A DNA stretch of 64,000 nucleotides from an uncultured Acidobacteriota bacterium (GCA_963796275.1 CAWCKY010000003.1:224001-288000); one strand, 5' to 3'; positions 9,206 to 21,566 are shown, counted from the first letter of the stretch. Numbers and translations are program-made. The notes: generated by a model not told the origin, from the letters alone.

Positions 9206-10489
9206 TTGTCTCTCGAACGTGAGGTGGTCGTGTCTATCTGTGAACAATTGAAAGAAAATACGCGGGAAGATGTAGAAGAACTTCGACGACAAGTGGCCGA
9301 CTTACAGAGGGAGTTGGCGAAACAAGCGGTAGATGACAGTCGCGTCTCGGATGAAGGCGAGCAGCGACAGCTAGTCGAAGAGGCGTTGCGGCGCAATGAA
9401 GAGCGGCTCAAGCTGGCGATGAGCGCGGCTCAGATGGGCACCTGGGAATGGAATATTCTCACCGGCGTATACAGCTGGTCTGATGAATTACTGAGAATCT
9501 TCGGCCTGATCCGAGTCGAACGCGAAGTCAGCGTCGAGCAGATAATAGGTTTGATTCATCCGGACGACCGCACATACGTGACCCAGGTGATCAGGCATGC
9601 GGCCGATGAAGGAAAGTTTTATGAGGTGGAATTCCGCATCGTTCATCCGAACAGCGAGGTGCGCTGGATATTGAGTAAAGGCAATGCGGTCTTCGATCCG
9701 GCGGGAAAACCATTCCTGATGCTCGGGGTTAGCCTCGATATTACCCATCGTAAACTGGCGGAGGAAGCACTGCATAGAAACGAGGATGCGCTTCGTGAAA
9801 GCTATAAGCGTATTCAGGATCTGGCGGGAAGGCTCATCGTTTCGCAGGAAGATGAGCGTAAACATATAGCCCGCGAACTTCACGACGATCTGAATCAGAG
9901 AGTTGTATCGCTGGCTATCACGATCGGCAAACTTAGCCGCCAGCTTACGCACGCGAATGAGCCTATTCGCAATCAGATCGCGAAGCTCGAGCAGAGGACG
10001 ACCGGACTTTATGAGCATATCCGCCAGATCTCGCATGAATTGCACTCACCAGCGCTTGAACACGGAGGTTTGTCGCCGGCCCTGGAGCAGTACTGTTCGG
10101 AATTTGCTGAGCTTGAGGGAGTCAAGGTCACACTCGACATTTTAGATGTGAGCGATGCACTCTCCCCCGAAGTTTCATTATGTCTCTATCGCGTAATCCA
10201 GGAGTCGTTGCGCAATGTCGCTCGGCATTCGGGCACGAAAAACGCGAAGGTCAAACTTATCGGTAGTAGAGAGGCCATTGAGCTGATTGTCGCCGATGAT
10301 GGGGTCGGTTTCGAACTTCAACAGGCGCGCGTCCGGGGGGGCCTCGGGTTGGCGAGTATGGAGGAGCGAATCCACCTTCTGTCCGGTAACTTACAGATCG
10401 AATCCCAACCCGGTTCAGGCACTAAGCTCAAGGTTCATATTCCATTGAGGCGCGACCAGGATATTTCATATGGAAGCGAGAAAAGCTGA
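9206..10489 (+). CDS. PAS-domain sensor histidine kinase (HisKA_3)
   Basis: PAS_3 (GTWEWNI...IHPDDR), ERKHIARELHD, QESLRNVARHS, DDGVGF, GLGL; start uncertain. Confidence 0.9.
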   Translation: MSLEREVVVSICEQLKENTREDVEELRRQVADLQRELAKQAVDDSRVSDEGEQRQLVEEALRRNEERLKLAMSAAQMGTWEWNILTGVYSWSDELLRIFGLIRVEREVSVEQIIGLIHPDDRTYVTQVIRHAADEGKFYEVEFRIVHPNSEVRWILSKGNAVFDPAGKPFLMLGVSLDITHRKLAEEALHRNEDALRESYKRIQDLAGRLIVSQEDERKHIARELHDDLNQRVVSLAITIGKLSRQLTHANEPIRNQIAKLEQRTTGLYEHIRQISHELHSPALEHGGLSPALEQYCSEFAELEGVKVTLDILDVSDALSPEVSLCLYRVIQESLRNVARHSGTKNAKVKLIGSREAIELIVADDGVGFELQQARVRGGLGLASMEERIHLLSGNLQIESQPGSGTKLKVHIPLRRDQDISYGSEKS

Positions 10490-12056
10490 TCGAACGGGAA
10501 GTATCGGCGAATGTGATGAAATACAAGAAGCGCTCTGGGAAAGTGAGGAAAGATATCGAGCTTTTTTTGAACTCACTGCGGTCGGAGCCGCACAGGCCGA
10601 TCCCTGGACCGCCCGGCTCTTACGTTTGAATGACGCGTTTTGCAAGATCACCGGATATTCGCGAGAAGAACTTCTCAATATGGACGCCAGCGAAATCACA
10701 CATCCCGATGACCGGGAGTCCGACCGGGCAAGTTTCCAGGCTCTGGCACAGGGTGAAATTACGGTTTACGAGAAAGAAAAACGATATATCCGCAAAGATG
10801 GAGCGTACGTCTGGGTTATATCAAATGTAACACTAGTGCGAGATGAGGACGGAAGACCGCTGCATACGATCGGCCTGATACTGGACATCTCTGAACGTAA
10901 ACGGGTCGAAGAGGAGATTAGGACGAGCGAGGAGCGCTACCGCTCGTTCGTCGCGAACAGCACGGAAGGCATCTGGCGGATAGAGAGCGCAAAGCCCATC
11001 GATACAAACCTTCCGATCAATGAACAGATTGAGCTGATCTATCGGCATGCGTTTATGGCCGAGTGTAATGACGCAATGGCCAGGATGTACGGTCATGCCG
11101 TCGCCATTGACATCATCGGTACACGAATAAGCAACCTCATGCTAACGGACGATCCCGTGAATATCGCATCCGTCAAAGCCTTTATCAGAAATAAATACCG
11201 ATTACGGAACGTTGAGTCTATCGAGGTGGATAAGGATGGCCATAAGAAATACTTCATGAACAACCTGATAGGAATTATCGAAAACGGCTTTCTGCTCGGT
11301 GCTTGGGGAATTCAGCAGGATATCAGTGAGATAAAGATTGCCGACCACCAACTCAGGCACTCGCGCCAGCAGATGCGGGCCCTGGCCGCACGGCTGCAGT
11401 CGCTGCGTGAGACGGAGCGAACGGATATAGCGAGGGAGATTCACGACGTGATCGGGCAGGAGTTGACCGGGTTGAAGATTGACATCGCATGGATCAGGAA
11501 GAGATTGCCGGAAGCAGGTGATGAACGGATTCAGGCGAAGCTCGAGGAAAGATTGGAGGCGACGATCGAACTGCTCGACGAGACGCTCTCCAGCGTAAAA
11601 AACCTATCTACTTCTTTAAGGCCGAAGGTGTTGGATACGTTCGGCCTGGGTGCTGCGATCGAGTGGCAGTGTCTCGAATTCAACAGGCGAACCGGTATCG
11701 TTTGTGAGTATGATCTGCCGGACTATGATGTAGACCTCGGTTCAGAAAGATCGACGGCGTTATTTCGGGTTTTTCAGGAGATACTGACCAACGTGGCGCG
11801 CCACTCGCGAGCCACCATGGTCGATGTTAACCTGGAGGTCGACGAAATAAAGGTCAAACTCAGCGTGCTGGATAATGGCATTGGTATTACTGATGGCGAG
11901 ATAGCCGCTCCGACATCGCTCGGCTTGCTGGGCATGCATGAAAGGGTCGCTGGCTTTGGGGGGGATATCATCGTCTCCTGTAAACCTGGCAATGGTACAA
12001 GCGTTATAGTATGCATTCCGCTCGAGGGCTCTTCGAGGAATGGAGGTTCAGATTGA
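10470..12056 (+). CDS. multi-PAS sensor histidine kinase (HisKA_3)
   Basis: Two PAS domains, ERTDIAREIHD, QEILTNVARHS, DNGIGI, LGLLGM. Confidence 0.92.
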   Translation: MEARKADRTGSIGECDEIQEALWESEERYRAFFELTAVGAAQADPWTARLLRLNDAFCKITGYSREELLNMDASEITHPDDRESDRASFQALAQGEITVYEKEKRYIRKDGAYVWVISNVTLVRDEDGRPLHTIGLILDISERKRVEEEIRTSEERYRSFVANSTEGIWRIESAKPIDTNLPINEQIELIYRHAFMAECNDAMARMYGHAVAIDIIGTRISNLMLTDDPVNIASVKAFIRNKYRLRNVESIEVDKDGHKKYFMNNLIGIIENGFLLGAWGIQQDISEIKIADHQLRHSRQQMRALAARLQSLRETERTDIAREIHDVIGQELTGLKIDIAWIRKRLPEAGDERIQAKLEERLEATIELLDETLSSVKNLSTSLRPKVLDTFGLGAAIEWQCLEFNRRTGIVCEYDLPDYDVDLGSERSTALFRVFQEILTNVARHSRATMVDVNLEVDEIKVKLSVLDNGIGITDGEIAAPTSLGLLGMHERVAGFGGDIIVSCKPGNGTSVIVCIPLEGSSRNGGSD

Positions 12057-12691
12057 TTCAAATCCTGATTGTAGATGACCACGCCATAGTCCGGAGAGGT
12101 TTGATGCAGATCTTGACGGATGAACCCGATATCGGCGTGTCCGAGTCGTCGGACGCGCACCAGGCCCTTAAGCTTCTCAAGGAAAAGACGATTGACATGG
12201 TGGTGTTAGACCTGGACCTGAAGAGCAAAAGCGGCCTCGAACTGCTGAAGGATATCAAACGGGAAATGCCAGAAATGCCCGTGCTCTTCCTGAGCGTCTA
12301 TCCAGAGGAGCAATTTGCCGTTCGCACCCTGAAAGCTGGCGCTTCGGGTTTCATGTCGAAAGACGCCGCACCTGAAGAGCTGGTAATTGCGATCAGAAAA
12401 ATTTTGAAAGGGGGGAAATATATCAACGAGTCTGTGGCTGAAAGACTGCTGTCCGATCTCAACTCATCCTCGCACAGGACCAAAGGGATGCTTCATGAAG
12501 CACTTTCGGATCGCGAATTTCAGATCCTACGCCTCTTCGGCGAGGGCAAAACCGTAGGGGAGATAGCCGCAGATCTTTCGATCAGCGTACCCACCGTAAG
12601 TACCCACCGCACACGCATACTCGACAAGATGGGAATGAAAACAACCGCAGAGTTGATGCGTTACGTGATAGAGAACCATCTGGTCCCCTGA
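12053..12691 (+). CDS. NarL/LuxR-family response regulator
   Basis: GGAGG plus TTG at 12053 overlapping kinase stop; ILIVDDHAIVRRG, LDL, LSDREFQIL HTH. Confidence 0.92.
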   Translation: MIQILIVDDHAIVRRGLMQILTDEPDIGVSESSDAHQALKLLKEKTIDMVVLDLDLKSKSGLELLKDIKREMPEMPVLFLSVYPEEQFAVRTLKAGASGFMSKDAAPEELVIAIRKILKGGKYINESVAERLLSDLNSSSHRTKGMLHEALSDREFQILRLFGEGKTVGEIAADLSISVPTVSTHRTRILDKMGMKTTAELMRYVIENHLVP

Positions 12692-12798
12692 TCCCCGGGT
12701 CATACAAACCACGACATAAGAATCAATAAAAATGTGAACGTAAAATCATTTTCCTGATGATTGTTACGCTCCCCCTTATCAGGCACTCTGTATGTGTG

Positions 12799-13194
12799 AT
12801 GAGAGAGCGAGAAAAAAACGGGAAAAAGTCTTTACAGGTAGTGATTGCCGACGATGCTGATGATATCAGGGCCTTGTTGGATATGTTTCTCTCTGAGATC
12901 GAGGGGATTGCTATCAGCGGAATGGCAAAGAATGGGGCGGAGGCGCTGAGCATGTTCAAGGAACTCCAACCCGACATTATGATGTTGGATATCTCCATGC
13001 CGGAGAAGAACGGAATCGAGGTGTTGCAGGAGATCAGGAAAGATGATCTATCCACCATCATCATCATATTTACAATCGATCCGCATCTGCGCGAATACAG
13101 TCTCAAGGCTGGGGCGAATTACTTTTTCTCAAAGAACGAGATAGGTGACCTTGTAGAAATTTTTCAAGAGCTGTTGGAGCGAAGAAGAACCTAA
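12799..13194 (+). CDS. single-domain response regulator
   Basis: VVIADD...PDIMMLDISMPEKNG...GANYFFSK; start uncertain. Confidence 0.85.
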   Translation: MREREKNGKKSLQVVIADDADDIRALLDMFLSEIEGIAISGMAKNGAEALSMFKELQPDIMMLDISMPEKNGIEVLQEIRKDDLSTIIIIFTIDPHLREYSLKAGANYFFSKNEIGDLVEIFQELLERRRT

Positions 13195-13440
13195 AACGCC
13201 GTTATAGGTTGGGGCAAGCGGGCTATGGATCAGTTAGAGCAGATATAAGGGAAATGCGGATGGACTCCGCTGGAGGTCTGTTATGTCTGTAAACCCCTGG
13301 TCTGCTCGTCCCAGCCAATAACACCAATCAGTTCAAATAATCAACGATGCGGTATACACGATATTCAATTCTCAATTGAGTGGAACGGTGATGAATGCAA
13401 TAAACGCAATATTTTGAACAGTTTTCAGGAGCCCGTTCTC

Positions 13441-13457
13441 TTGGTACGGAAGTTGCC
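13441..13457 (+). promoter_or_regulatory. sigma-54 (-24/-12) promoter candidate
   Basis: TTGGTAC-GGAAG-TTGC, GG-N10-GC, about 47 nt before ATG 13504. Confidence 0.55.
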
Positions 13458-13503
13458 CTCCTGTTATGCATCCCTGGAAGAATCAACCAGGAGAAGGAGG
13501 GAT

Positions 13504-13803
13504 ATGAGATACGACAAATTGAAAAAAGCGACGGTAACATTGGCATTGGCAGTGACATTCATGGTCGGATTAGGGCTTGGTGATAGCGCGCAAGCCCAGG
13601 GGCGGCGATGGGGGAACAGACATGATCGGATAGAGCGGATTCGTGAACGGGAGAGGTTAGAGAGAATCCGGCGCCTGGATCATCAGCGCGTTCTGCGATA
13701 CCGATATCTGCGTGGTAATCGTATGGTGGGATATCATGATCGTTGGGGTCATTTCCATCGCTACGGCTATTGGGATCGATTCGGCAGTTTCTATCGATAC
13801 TGA
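13504..13803 (+). CDS. small secreted Arg/aromatic-rich protein
   Basis: AGGAGG RBS; signal peptide ending AQA; repeated GY(H/W)DR(W/F)GxF(H/Y)RY motifs. Confidence 0.75.
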   Translation: MRYDKLKKATVTLALAVTFMVGLGLGDSAQAQGRRWGNRHDRIERIRERERLERIRRLDHQRVLRYRYLRGNRMVGYHDRWGHFHRYGYWDRFGSFYRY

Positions 13804-13897
13804 GATGGAAAGGGTGGAAGAGGTAGAATCTTAAGCTGTGTCTTGACTCAATCAGCCAGAGGGCGAGTTCTTTCTTGAGATGGAGATCACTAAAAGG

Positions 13898-13930
13898 ATG
13901 GGGTGGCCATTTGACCACCCCATTATTTTT
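13898..13930. terminator. intrinsic terminator between convergent genes
   Basis: ATGGGGTGGCCA/TGACCACCCCAT stem followed by a T-tract. Confidence 0.7.
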
Positions 13931-13950
13931 AAGTCCTGCTGTTTCAGTTT

Positions 13951-16900
13951 CTAGAAGTTATTTTTTGCTCCCTCAGAGTCAGCGAGCGATTTTCCACCAT
14001 CGTTCTGGTTACTCCCGAAATTAACGTTGCCCATGTTGTTAATGGGGTTGCCGAAATACCTCTGATTGAAGAATATTGAAGGCATCAACACAAGTTGCCT
14101 AGAAGTGAAACCTCCTTGGTCTGCCAACGAACTTGATGTGTTTGATCAGGCCATCTCCAGTTGGTGAAGCCCTTATCGCGAGAGTATTTCGTCCTACATT
14201 GCCGTTGTAACGCTATTGGCTATCGGAAGGCCGGACGCATTGACACTGGAATGAGTAACGACCGGTGAGTAGCGGATTGGTGCAAGATCACTGATCGCCA
14301 GTTGCAACCGAGACCTACCGTAAACGTTCCATTCGGATTAAAGAATGGGCGGTCTCCTCCTCCACCATTGCCGTTTGTGTCGACACCAGTGAGGATTGTG
14401 AACGGTTAGATCTGGACAATCTGAGCAGCGAAAGTACCGTTCAACTGCCATCCAGAGAAGACACCCTTCATCAAGACTCTTGTTTGCCAGGCCTCCTCTG
14501 AACGACGGGATTTCATAAATCCCGCTCACGACTAAACGATGTGGACGATCAAATACCGAGAGTCCTTTTTCAGGTTGTATATTGAAGAAGTCCTGAGGAA
14601 CCTGCGGCGTGCCGTTGGTGATCGCACCCACTCCCAGGGACTCATCGTTGTTACTGATGTTCTTGCTGAAAGTGTAAGCAGAGGGTGAACTGCAGACCTT
14701 TGACCAGTCGTTTGGTGAGCGAGACAAACCCTGAGTGATAAGTCGACTGGGCCGTGGTGGCAATCAGGGTGCTAAAACGAACTGCGGAAGAGACGGCGAG
14801 CCTGCGCTCCTCCCTGTTGTTGTGGATGGCCAATCGGTTCGCGTCTTTAGCGCCTTGAACTGTGGCTATTTGACCGGGGGTCAGGGTTAAAGGGTTAGCC
14901 TGAAGTTGATTAATCCCATACGTCCCGCGACTGCCTGCATAGCCGAACTCAAGCACGTAATCGCTGCGAAGTTGCCGCTGTATGGTCAGACTGAAATTCT
15001 GGCCCATTGGATTCTGCGCATCAGAAGGCGTGTTGACGAAATTGGCGAGCGGATCAACGTCGCCTGACCGCTGACAGGCAAACGGTTTAGGAAAGACATC
15101 GAATTGGTTGAGAGCCTGAGGTGTAACAACGCGCGGGAAGTTCGAGCCATTTACCGACAGGATGTTATAGAAGAGTACATCATAGGTGATGCGGTAACCG
15201 CCGCGGATAGCCGTCTTGCCATCTCCAAACAGAGTGCCGAGCAGCCCATTGTTAAAACGCGGACTGAAGTGCAGAGCCCATTCCCGGGCCGAAATAATCT
15301 TATCCTGCCTCACTGGACCTGGAACCGGTCACCAAGGCTTTGACGTCTGTAGCCCCAAAGAATCCGAACGGTACTCCTACTCGTTCAGTAACGAAGCCCA
15401 GAGTTTAAAGTTAGGCTGGGAGTGACGCGATAATCATCCTGAGCAAGACACAAAGACCTTAATTTTGGCGCGCATCGTAACTTGCCGTCTGTAGCGCCTG
15501 TTGATAAACCATTGGGGCATTGTTTAGATAGTCTTGCAGGTTATTCAAATTTGGGTTACCCCTTCGAAGGTCGATGCGGCGTTGTTGAAGAGTTGGGATC
15601 TGACCAAAAATCCACCCGAATTTAAATGATTGGCGACCCATCTGCCAGCTCATCGTGTCAGATAATTGATAGCTGTTCTGTACGCGTCCTTGCGGGAAAT
15701 TGGCAGCTCCGCCAAACGTGAAGAGGCCGGTGATGGTTGTTGACACACTATTTGGGTCGTTCTCCGGGAACTGGAGATTGCGGCGAATATATGAGAATCG
15801 GACCTCATTGACCAAAGTGGGTGAGAACATGTGAGTCTCACTGACCGCGGCGTTTTGATCGAAAACATCCTGGTTGCCTGAATAGAGCGATCCGAATTGC
15901 GTGTTGCTGGACACGTTGACGCTGAAGGGTTTGTCGAATAGATAACGGCCCGTGAGATTATCACGCTCACCGATCTTATAGTCGACCTTACCGATCGTGT
16001 TCCAGAAGTTCTGTGGTTGAATGATGGAGACATTAGTCGTGCCGACCTGGACGAATTGGCCTCCAGTACAGACCGTTGAGTTATCTGTGGCATTGGGGTT
16101 AGCCGGGTTGATACACAAGTTTCTAACGTTGATGAAGCTGGGATTTTGCTGATAAATGCCGTTAAGAAAGCTTATCCATCGAGTGCCGCCTGGCGACTGG
16201 CTTGAGCTTGCGTTGCAACGGTAGCGTTGGCCTGACGTAGCGGAACGTTGTTCAATGCGGCAAAACCAGCCGGAGTCGGAATAGTCACATTTGGGCCTGG
16301 CTGTGAACCGGTTCTGGTGCGATCAACCTGAAGCCCGCCCGAAGAAGAAGAGTTTCTCCTTGAATATCGGTCCGCCGAATGTCCCGCCAAACTGATTTCG
16401 ATTTATCCGCGCTGGCCGGTCGAGGGTCCGTTTTTCAATTGTGCTGAGCGCATTGAGCGCGCTGCCGCGATAATATTCGAAGACGTCGCCATGAAACTCG
16501 TTGGTTCCCCCTTTGGTGATGATATTTAATTGTGCACCTGAATTACGTCCGAACTCGACGTTGAAAGCGTTCGTCTGGACCTGGAATTCCTGAACCGCTT
16601 CTGGGATCACGAAAGATGTGCGTAATGTCACGCTGATGTCATTGTTGTCCGACCCATCGATCGTGAAATTATTATTACGTGCGCGCTGGCCATTGGAAGA
16701 AATTCCAGTAGACCCCGGAGCGGTGAAAGTATTCGGGCTTAACAAATGCCAGAGCATTTACATCGCGGCCAGCATTCAATGGCAACTAACTGCCTGCCGC
16801 GCGCTCGAAGTCAAACCTACGGTTGGAGCCGTTTTGTTGAGATCAAAGACCTGCTCCCTGCGCCACGACTGATACAACTTCACTCACCTGCCCAACCTTG

Positions 16901-17248
16901 AGCGATGGATTGTATATTGTCTCCTGGGCCGTTCGGACCGTGACATCTTTAAATTTCTATGGTATCAAAACCATCTTTTTCAATCTTGACTACGTATACA
17001 CCAGGCTCGAGCGCGGGTAAGCGATAAAGACCAGCTTCATTGCTCGTGCCAACTCGCGCGATATTCGTGCCTAGATTGGTAATTGTTACTTGCGCGCCAG
17101 CAATAGCCGCGCCGGTGTTATCCGTCACAGTTCCCGCTATAGATCCGCGTGTCAATTGAGCTTTAGCAGGGATTGCGAGGAGTGTGATCGTCAGCATCAA
17201 TGCCAACACTGACAATGCAAAACGGTAAGCCATGTGTTTTTTTTGCAT
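13951..17248 (-). pseudogene. Oar-type TonB-dependent receptor, many frameshifts (pseudogene or sequencing indels)
   Basis: Consecutive fragments: carboxypeptidase-regulatory-like N-term (GTVTDNTGAAIAGA), plug (NGQRARNNNFTIDGSDNN...EFQVQTNAFNVEFGR), barrel pieces, C-terminal Phe. Confidence 0.8.
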
Positions 17249-17402
17249 ATTTTATCCAGTGAATGCGGATTATTAGCAATTTCATCTAGATGAATGATCA
17301 TCTGGTTCTTGAGTGCACACAAGCTGCTTTCAATCCCAATCTATTATATGGCGAGGCTTAGGGGTTGGTTAAGAACTATTGTATTTGGACAGGTTGGCGT
17401 GG

Positions 17403-17419
17403 AAGCAAATATCATTCCT
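17403..17419 (-). promoter_or_regulatory. sigma-54 promoter candidate for TBDR at 17248
   Basis: Minus strand AGGAAT-GATAT-TTGCT (GG-N10-GC). Confidence 0.4.
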
Positions 17420-17567
17420 GAAAATTATAACCTACTAAAACCCATATTTTGTTGGAGTTAATTGATTCTAGGACGTATATTAAAAGATTATATTACATTT
17501 TTTTGAATGATTGTCGGGTTTTTCGGATAGAAGGTATGGGAGAAACCAATTTTTCAGGTGAATGGAG

Positions 17568-17597
17568 AAAAAAGGGCCCCCTGAATCAGGGAGCCCT
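17568..17597 (-). terminator. intrinsic terminator after TBDR 17624-21362
   Basis: AGGGCTCCCT/AGGGGGCCCT stem plus T-tract on minus strand. Confidence 0.75.
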
Positions 17598-17623
17598 AAG
17601 CGCATTTTGCTCTAATAATTTAA

Positions 17624-20600
17624 CTAAAACTCGAAGCGCAATGCGAATTGCATATCACGCGGAGTAGACGCAGAGCTAGTGATCTGTCCGAACGTCGGCG
17701 AACCGATATTGGTAGCCGGCAAGGCGAATGCATTAGTGTTGAATAAATTGTAGGATTCCCAGCGAAATTGCATCCTCATTGACTCTGACCACGGCAACTT
17801 GAAGTTCTTCAGGACTGAAGTATCCACGTTCCAGAAACCAGGCCCGCGGAAAACGTTCGCGGATTGGGCCAGTCCCCCATCCGTGGGAAGCTCACGGCAC
17901 TGAGCGCCGTAGCTTGATCACCGAAGAACTGGATGGTGTCATCGTCAGCATCGTTAATCTGCTGCTGCAGTGCACTGAGGTCGCTACTGTTTAAAACTGC
18001 CACACCCTCGCTGGAGAAGCTTACTGGGAATGATCCAGTGGTAAGGCTGAAGGGTAATCCACTCCGATACGAGTAAATACCACCCACCTGCCAGCCACCG
18101 ATCAGGGCGTTTACAATGCCGCGCGAACTCCGCCGAAAGCTTTCCCGCGGCAAGGAAGCTCATAGATTCCATTGACGTTGACGAGGTGGCGGATATCTAA
18201 AATTGGAGTTTCCGCGGCAAGCGCTTAGATTGCGGAAATCGCAGATCAAACCTCCGAATACTGTATTCGCGATGCTCGACTGGTTGTCGATCGATCGGGA
18301 GTAGGTATAGTTGAAGTCGAACTGAAGGCCTTGCGAGAAGCGTTTCCGCAGAGTCATCAGCAGACCGTTGTAACTCGACGTCCCTTGGTTCGAGACGACG
18401 GCATTGGTTGAGAACTGCCCGCTCAGCCCAATGTTTGGATTGATGCGGCCAAGCCCGTACAGAGCCTGAATGGTACCGCTTACATCGCCAATCCTAATCA
18501 ACCTACTAAAACTATTAGCGACAAAAGCTGTACCACCCGCTACCTGATTCTCGAACCACGGTTGTGGAGTAACCGATCCTCCTGCTGCAGTTCGCTTTGC
18601 AGTCCATTGAAAGCATCCAACATGAATTGGCCTGAAAGCGGACTTTGAAATCCACGATCTGCCCAGCATCTACTTGGGTGAAGAGCTTGCGCGCTTGCCG
18701 TCCCAAAATACAGCCCACATCTCAAGTATGAAATTCTGAGGTGTTCGCGCTGGAAGCCGAAGCTATATTGGATTGAGTATGGTGTTCTGAACCGTTGATC
18801 AATGGTGTAGGTGCTTTGCTGAATCGCATTTCCAAACGGACACCGTAGCAGGATCCACGAAAGGAGTTAACGGACGAGTAATCACGGGCGCAGTGTTCTG
18901 TTCCGGTAAAGAACCGATATCGGTGAATCGCGGATCGGTCGCCAAGGACCCATACTGGATACTTGCTGAGTTGTCGAAAATAAATGTTGCCTGATCCTGA
19001 ACGAATGTCAGCCCGCCGGATGTACGATCGTAAACCAACGATCCACCACCGCGGATCACAGTCTTACGATCACCAAATATTTTGCTTAAGAATCCATTTC
19101 TTGACGAAGGATTCCAGGAAAAGCTCAGTCTAGGAGCGAAATTGTTTCGATCCGTGCATAGAATCTGCGGCATTGTTCGCCTTGCCAATCAGATCGTAAG
19201 CGAGAAGAGGCTCGGATGTATTGCTCGCAAATCCGTTGACCCCATTCTGAACCCTCGTGGCAAACAGGCTTTGATAATCTAGAGCATTGCCGGACTGAAA
19301 TCCGTTAGCCTCATACGGTGCGGGGTAATACTGCCAACGCAAGCCGAAGGTAGCGTTCTAAGTCGGATCGAACCCTCCAGGTGTCTTGCGCATACACTTC
19401 AAATTCGTTGTAGCGATAGTCGCGAATCTTTCCGGTACCGGGTGCGAAGGCATTGCCGGCCGTGTCATAATTGTAGTTGGTTCTTACGATTGATGCATAT
19501 CGCCCCAAGAGGAAAGGAAGCGCGGCGTCATAGGCTCCTATGGCCACGTTGTTGTCATCTAGGCCGATATTCGTAGGCCTCAGATCAGTGCTCAGAGCAT
19601 TTAAGTTGCCGCCAAGGCCGATATCCGTAAAATTGAAGTCGTTGATTAGACCGGTTCTCGAGCGGATCGGTTTGATAGAGACGCCGAACTCCATGTTATG
19701 TCTTCCCTTGGCCCAGCTGATATCATCACAAATCGTAGGCACAGGGACCTGGCGAGTCTGAGCGCTTATGTCCGCGAAAGGCGCTGATAGACCAAAGTCA
19801 CCTCCAAAACTTCCTCCCGCAGCAGCTGGATTACCAAAAATATTGGGAAATGTAGGAGCGAATGGAGCTGGAAAATTCAGCCCTGAGCGCGACATCCCAA
19901 CTGTCACCTGGTTTACTAGCGATGAGCTGATGGTCCACGTATGACCGCCGACAAAAGCATAGTCTCTAACAACGATCTGCCCGCTCTCCGGGTCGCCGGG
20001 GAACTGCTGGGCTACGGTATTTACCGTGTCCGTTTGTAAACGGCGGGCAATGTTGAAACGTCCAAAAACTTTTTGCTTATCGGTCAGATTCGAGTCAATG
20101 CGCGCCGTGTATGTATTGTCTGATCTGCGCGATGGCGAATTGAAACGGAAGCCGCCGGTGTTGATCCCATCGCCAGCGGTCAGATCGTTGGCTTGCGGAT
20201 AACGATTGTTAAAAAATTCATGAAGGCTTGATTCGGACCGAGTCCCTGCGGATCGGATCCTGCGATATCGGTCGGAGACAACAAGGAGATGCACTCCGGT
20301 CTCGTGTCGAGACGAGCATTCGGCGTACACCCTGGAGTGTTGTTCAGGTAGGCCAGGCTTCCATTCCGGAAATGATTCAGCGGAACGATCCTCAGATTGG
20401 CGACCCCTTGGGCATCACGCCGTCCTTCATAATCAAAGAAAAAGAAGAGCTTGTCTTTGCCATTGAATCCGGGAAGATAGACCGGGCCACCGATGTTCCC
20501 GCCAAACTGATTACGGGTCAATTGGGGCCGAGCAATACCGGCTTTATTGTTAAAGAATGTGTTAGCTGCAGTCGCTGCAGTGCGATTGTACTCACGCAGC

Positions 20601-21362
20601 GATCCGTGAAATTCGTTGGTGCCGCCTTTGGTCACCAACATGATTGGCGAGCCACCGCTGCTACGCCCTTCATCGGCACCTGGATTTGTCGAAACGGTCC
20701 GAAATTCCTGGATAGCATCGATGGAGCATTACCGACCGTCGCAAATGCCTGTCCGGTAGCCTGGTCATTAGCATCAATACCATCGATCGTGATGTTTCCC
20801 TGGTCGGCGCGCGAACCTGTGACGGAGCCGACGCGATTTGCTGTTACGGTCCCCACATTGTTTCCGACGACGCCAGGTTGCAATCCCAGTAGTGCGGCCG
20901 GTGAATTGCGAAGTTGAATCGGAAGCTCCGTCAGGCGGCGCTGTTCGACGACGTTACCGATAGTGGCATCAGTCGTGTTCAGGGTGGTCCCCTCGGATGA
21001 TGTTATCGTTACCGTGTTGGAAACTTGTCCGACGGACAATTGGGCATTATGAGTCTCAGTGACACCCACTCCGAGCGACACACTTTGGAGCTCAACAGTT
21101 TCAAAGCCCTGGGCTGTAAAGGTTAGCTTATAACCAGACCCGGCGACACCTTGAAGAACGTATACACCCCCAGATCATTGGTCTTGGTTGACAGTTCCTT
21201 AGCCGTTTTGGTGTCGGTGAGTTTTACATCCGCCCCGCTTATCACTGCGCCAGTGGCATCGCTCACAGTCCCAGTCACGGAAGATGTCTGCTGACCCAGA
21301 ACTATTGCGGGAAATAACATGAGGAGAAGCGACAAAATCAATAAATTATTTGTTTTTATCAT
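17624..21362 (-). pseudogene. Oar-type TonB-dependent receptor, many frameshifts; paralog of 27937-31699
   Basis: Fragments collinear with 27937-31699 (QQTSS.TG..., GSRADQGNIT.DGIDAND, ...MQFALRFEF). Confidence 0.85.
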
Positions 21363-21548
21363 GTTCCTTATTCTGACCTCCTTTTAGAGTGAAGATTGAG
21401 GGGACTTAACTTCTGCAGGATGAAGCAATCGTACGATAGGTTCATCAGTGATTTTATTATTGCTTTTCGCAGGCATTTTTATTTAGGCTCATTGTTTGCA
21501 TAAATATCGCGTTTAAATATGAGGTGGCCGCGGGGGCTGAGATTGAAG

Positions 21549-21566
21549 TAGCAACATTTATGCCGT
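21549..21566 (-). promoter_or_regulatory. sigma-54 promoter candidate for TBDR at 21362
   Basis: Minus strand ACGGCAT-AAATG-TTGCTA (GG-N10-GC). Confidence 0.5.

Noticed and set aside
13951-21362. Programmed frameshifting or phase variation in the receptors
   Set aside because: The breaks are too numerous and are not at long slippery tracts; sequencing error or decay is simpler.
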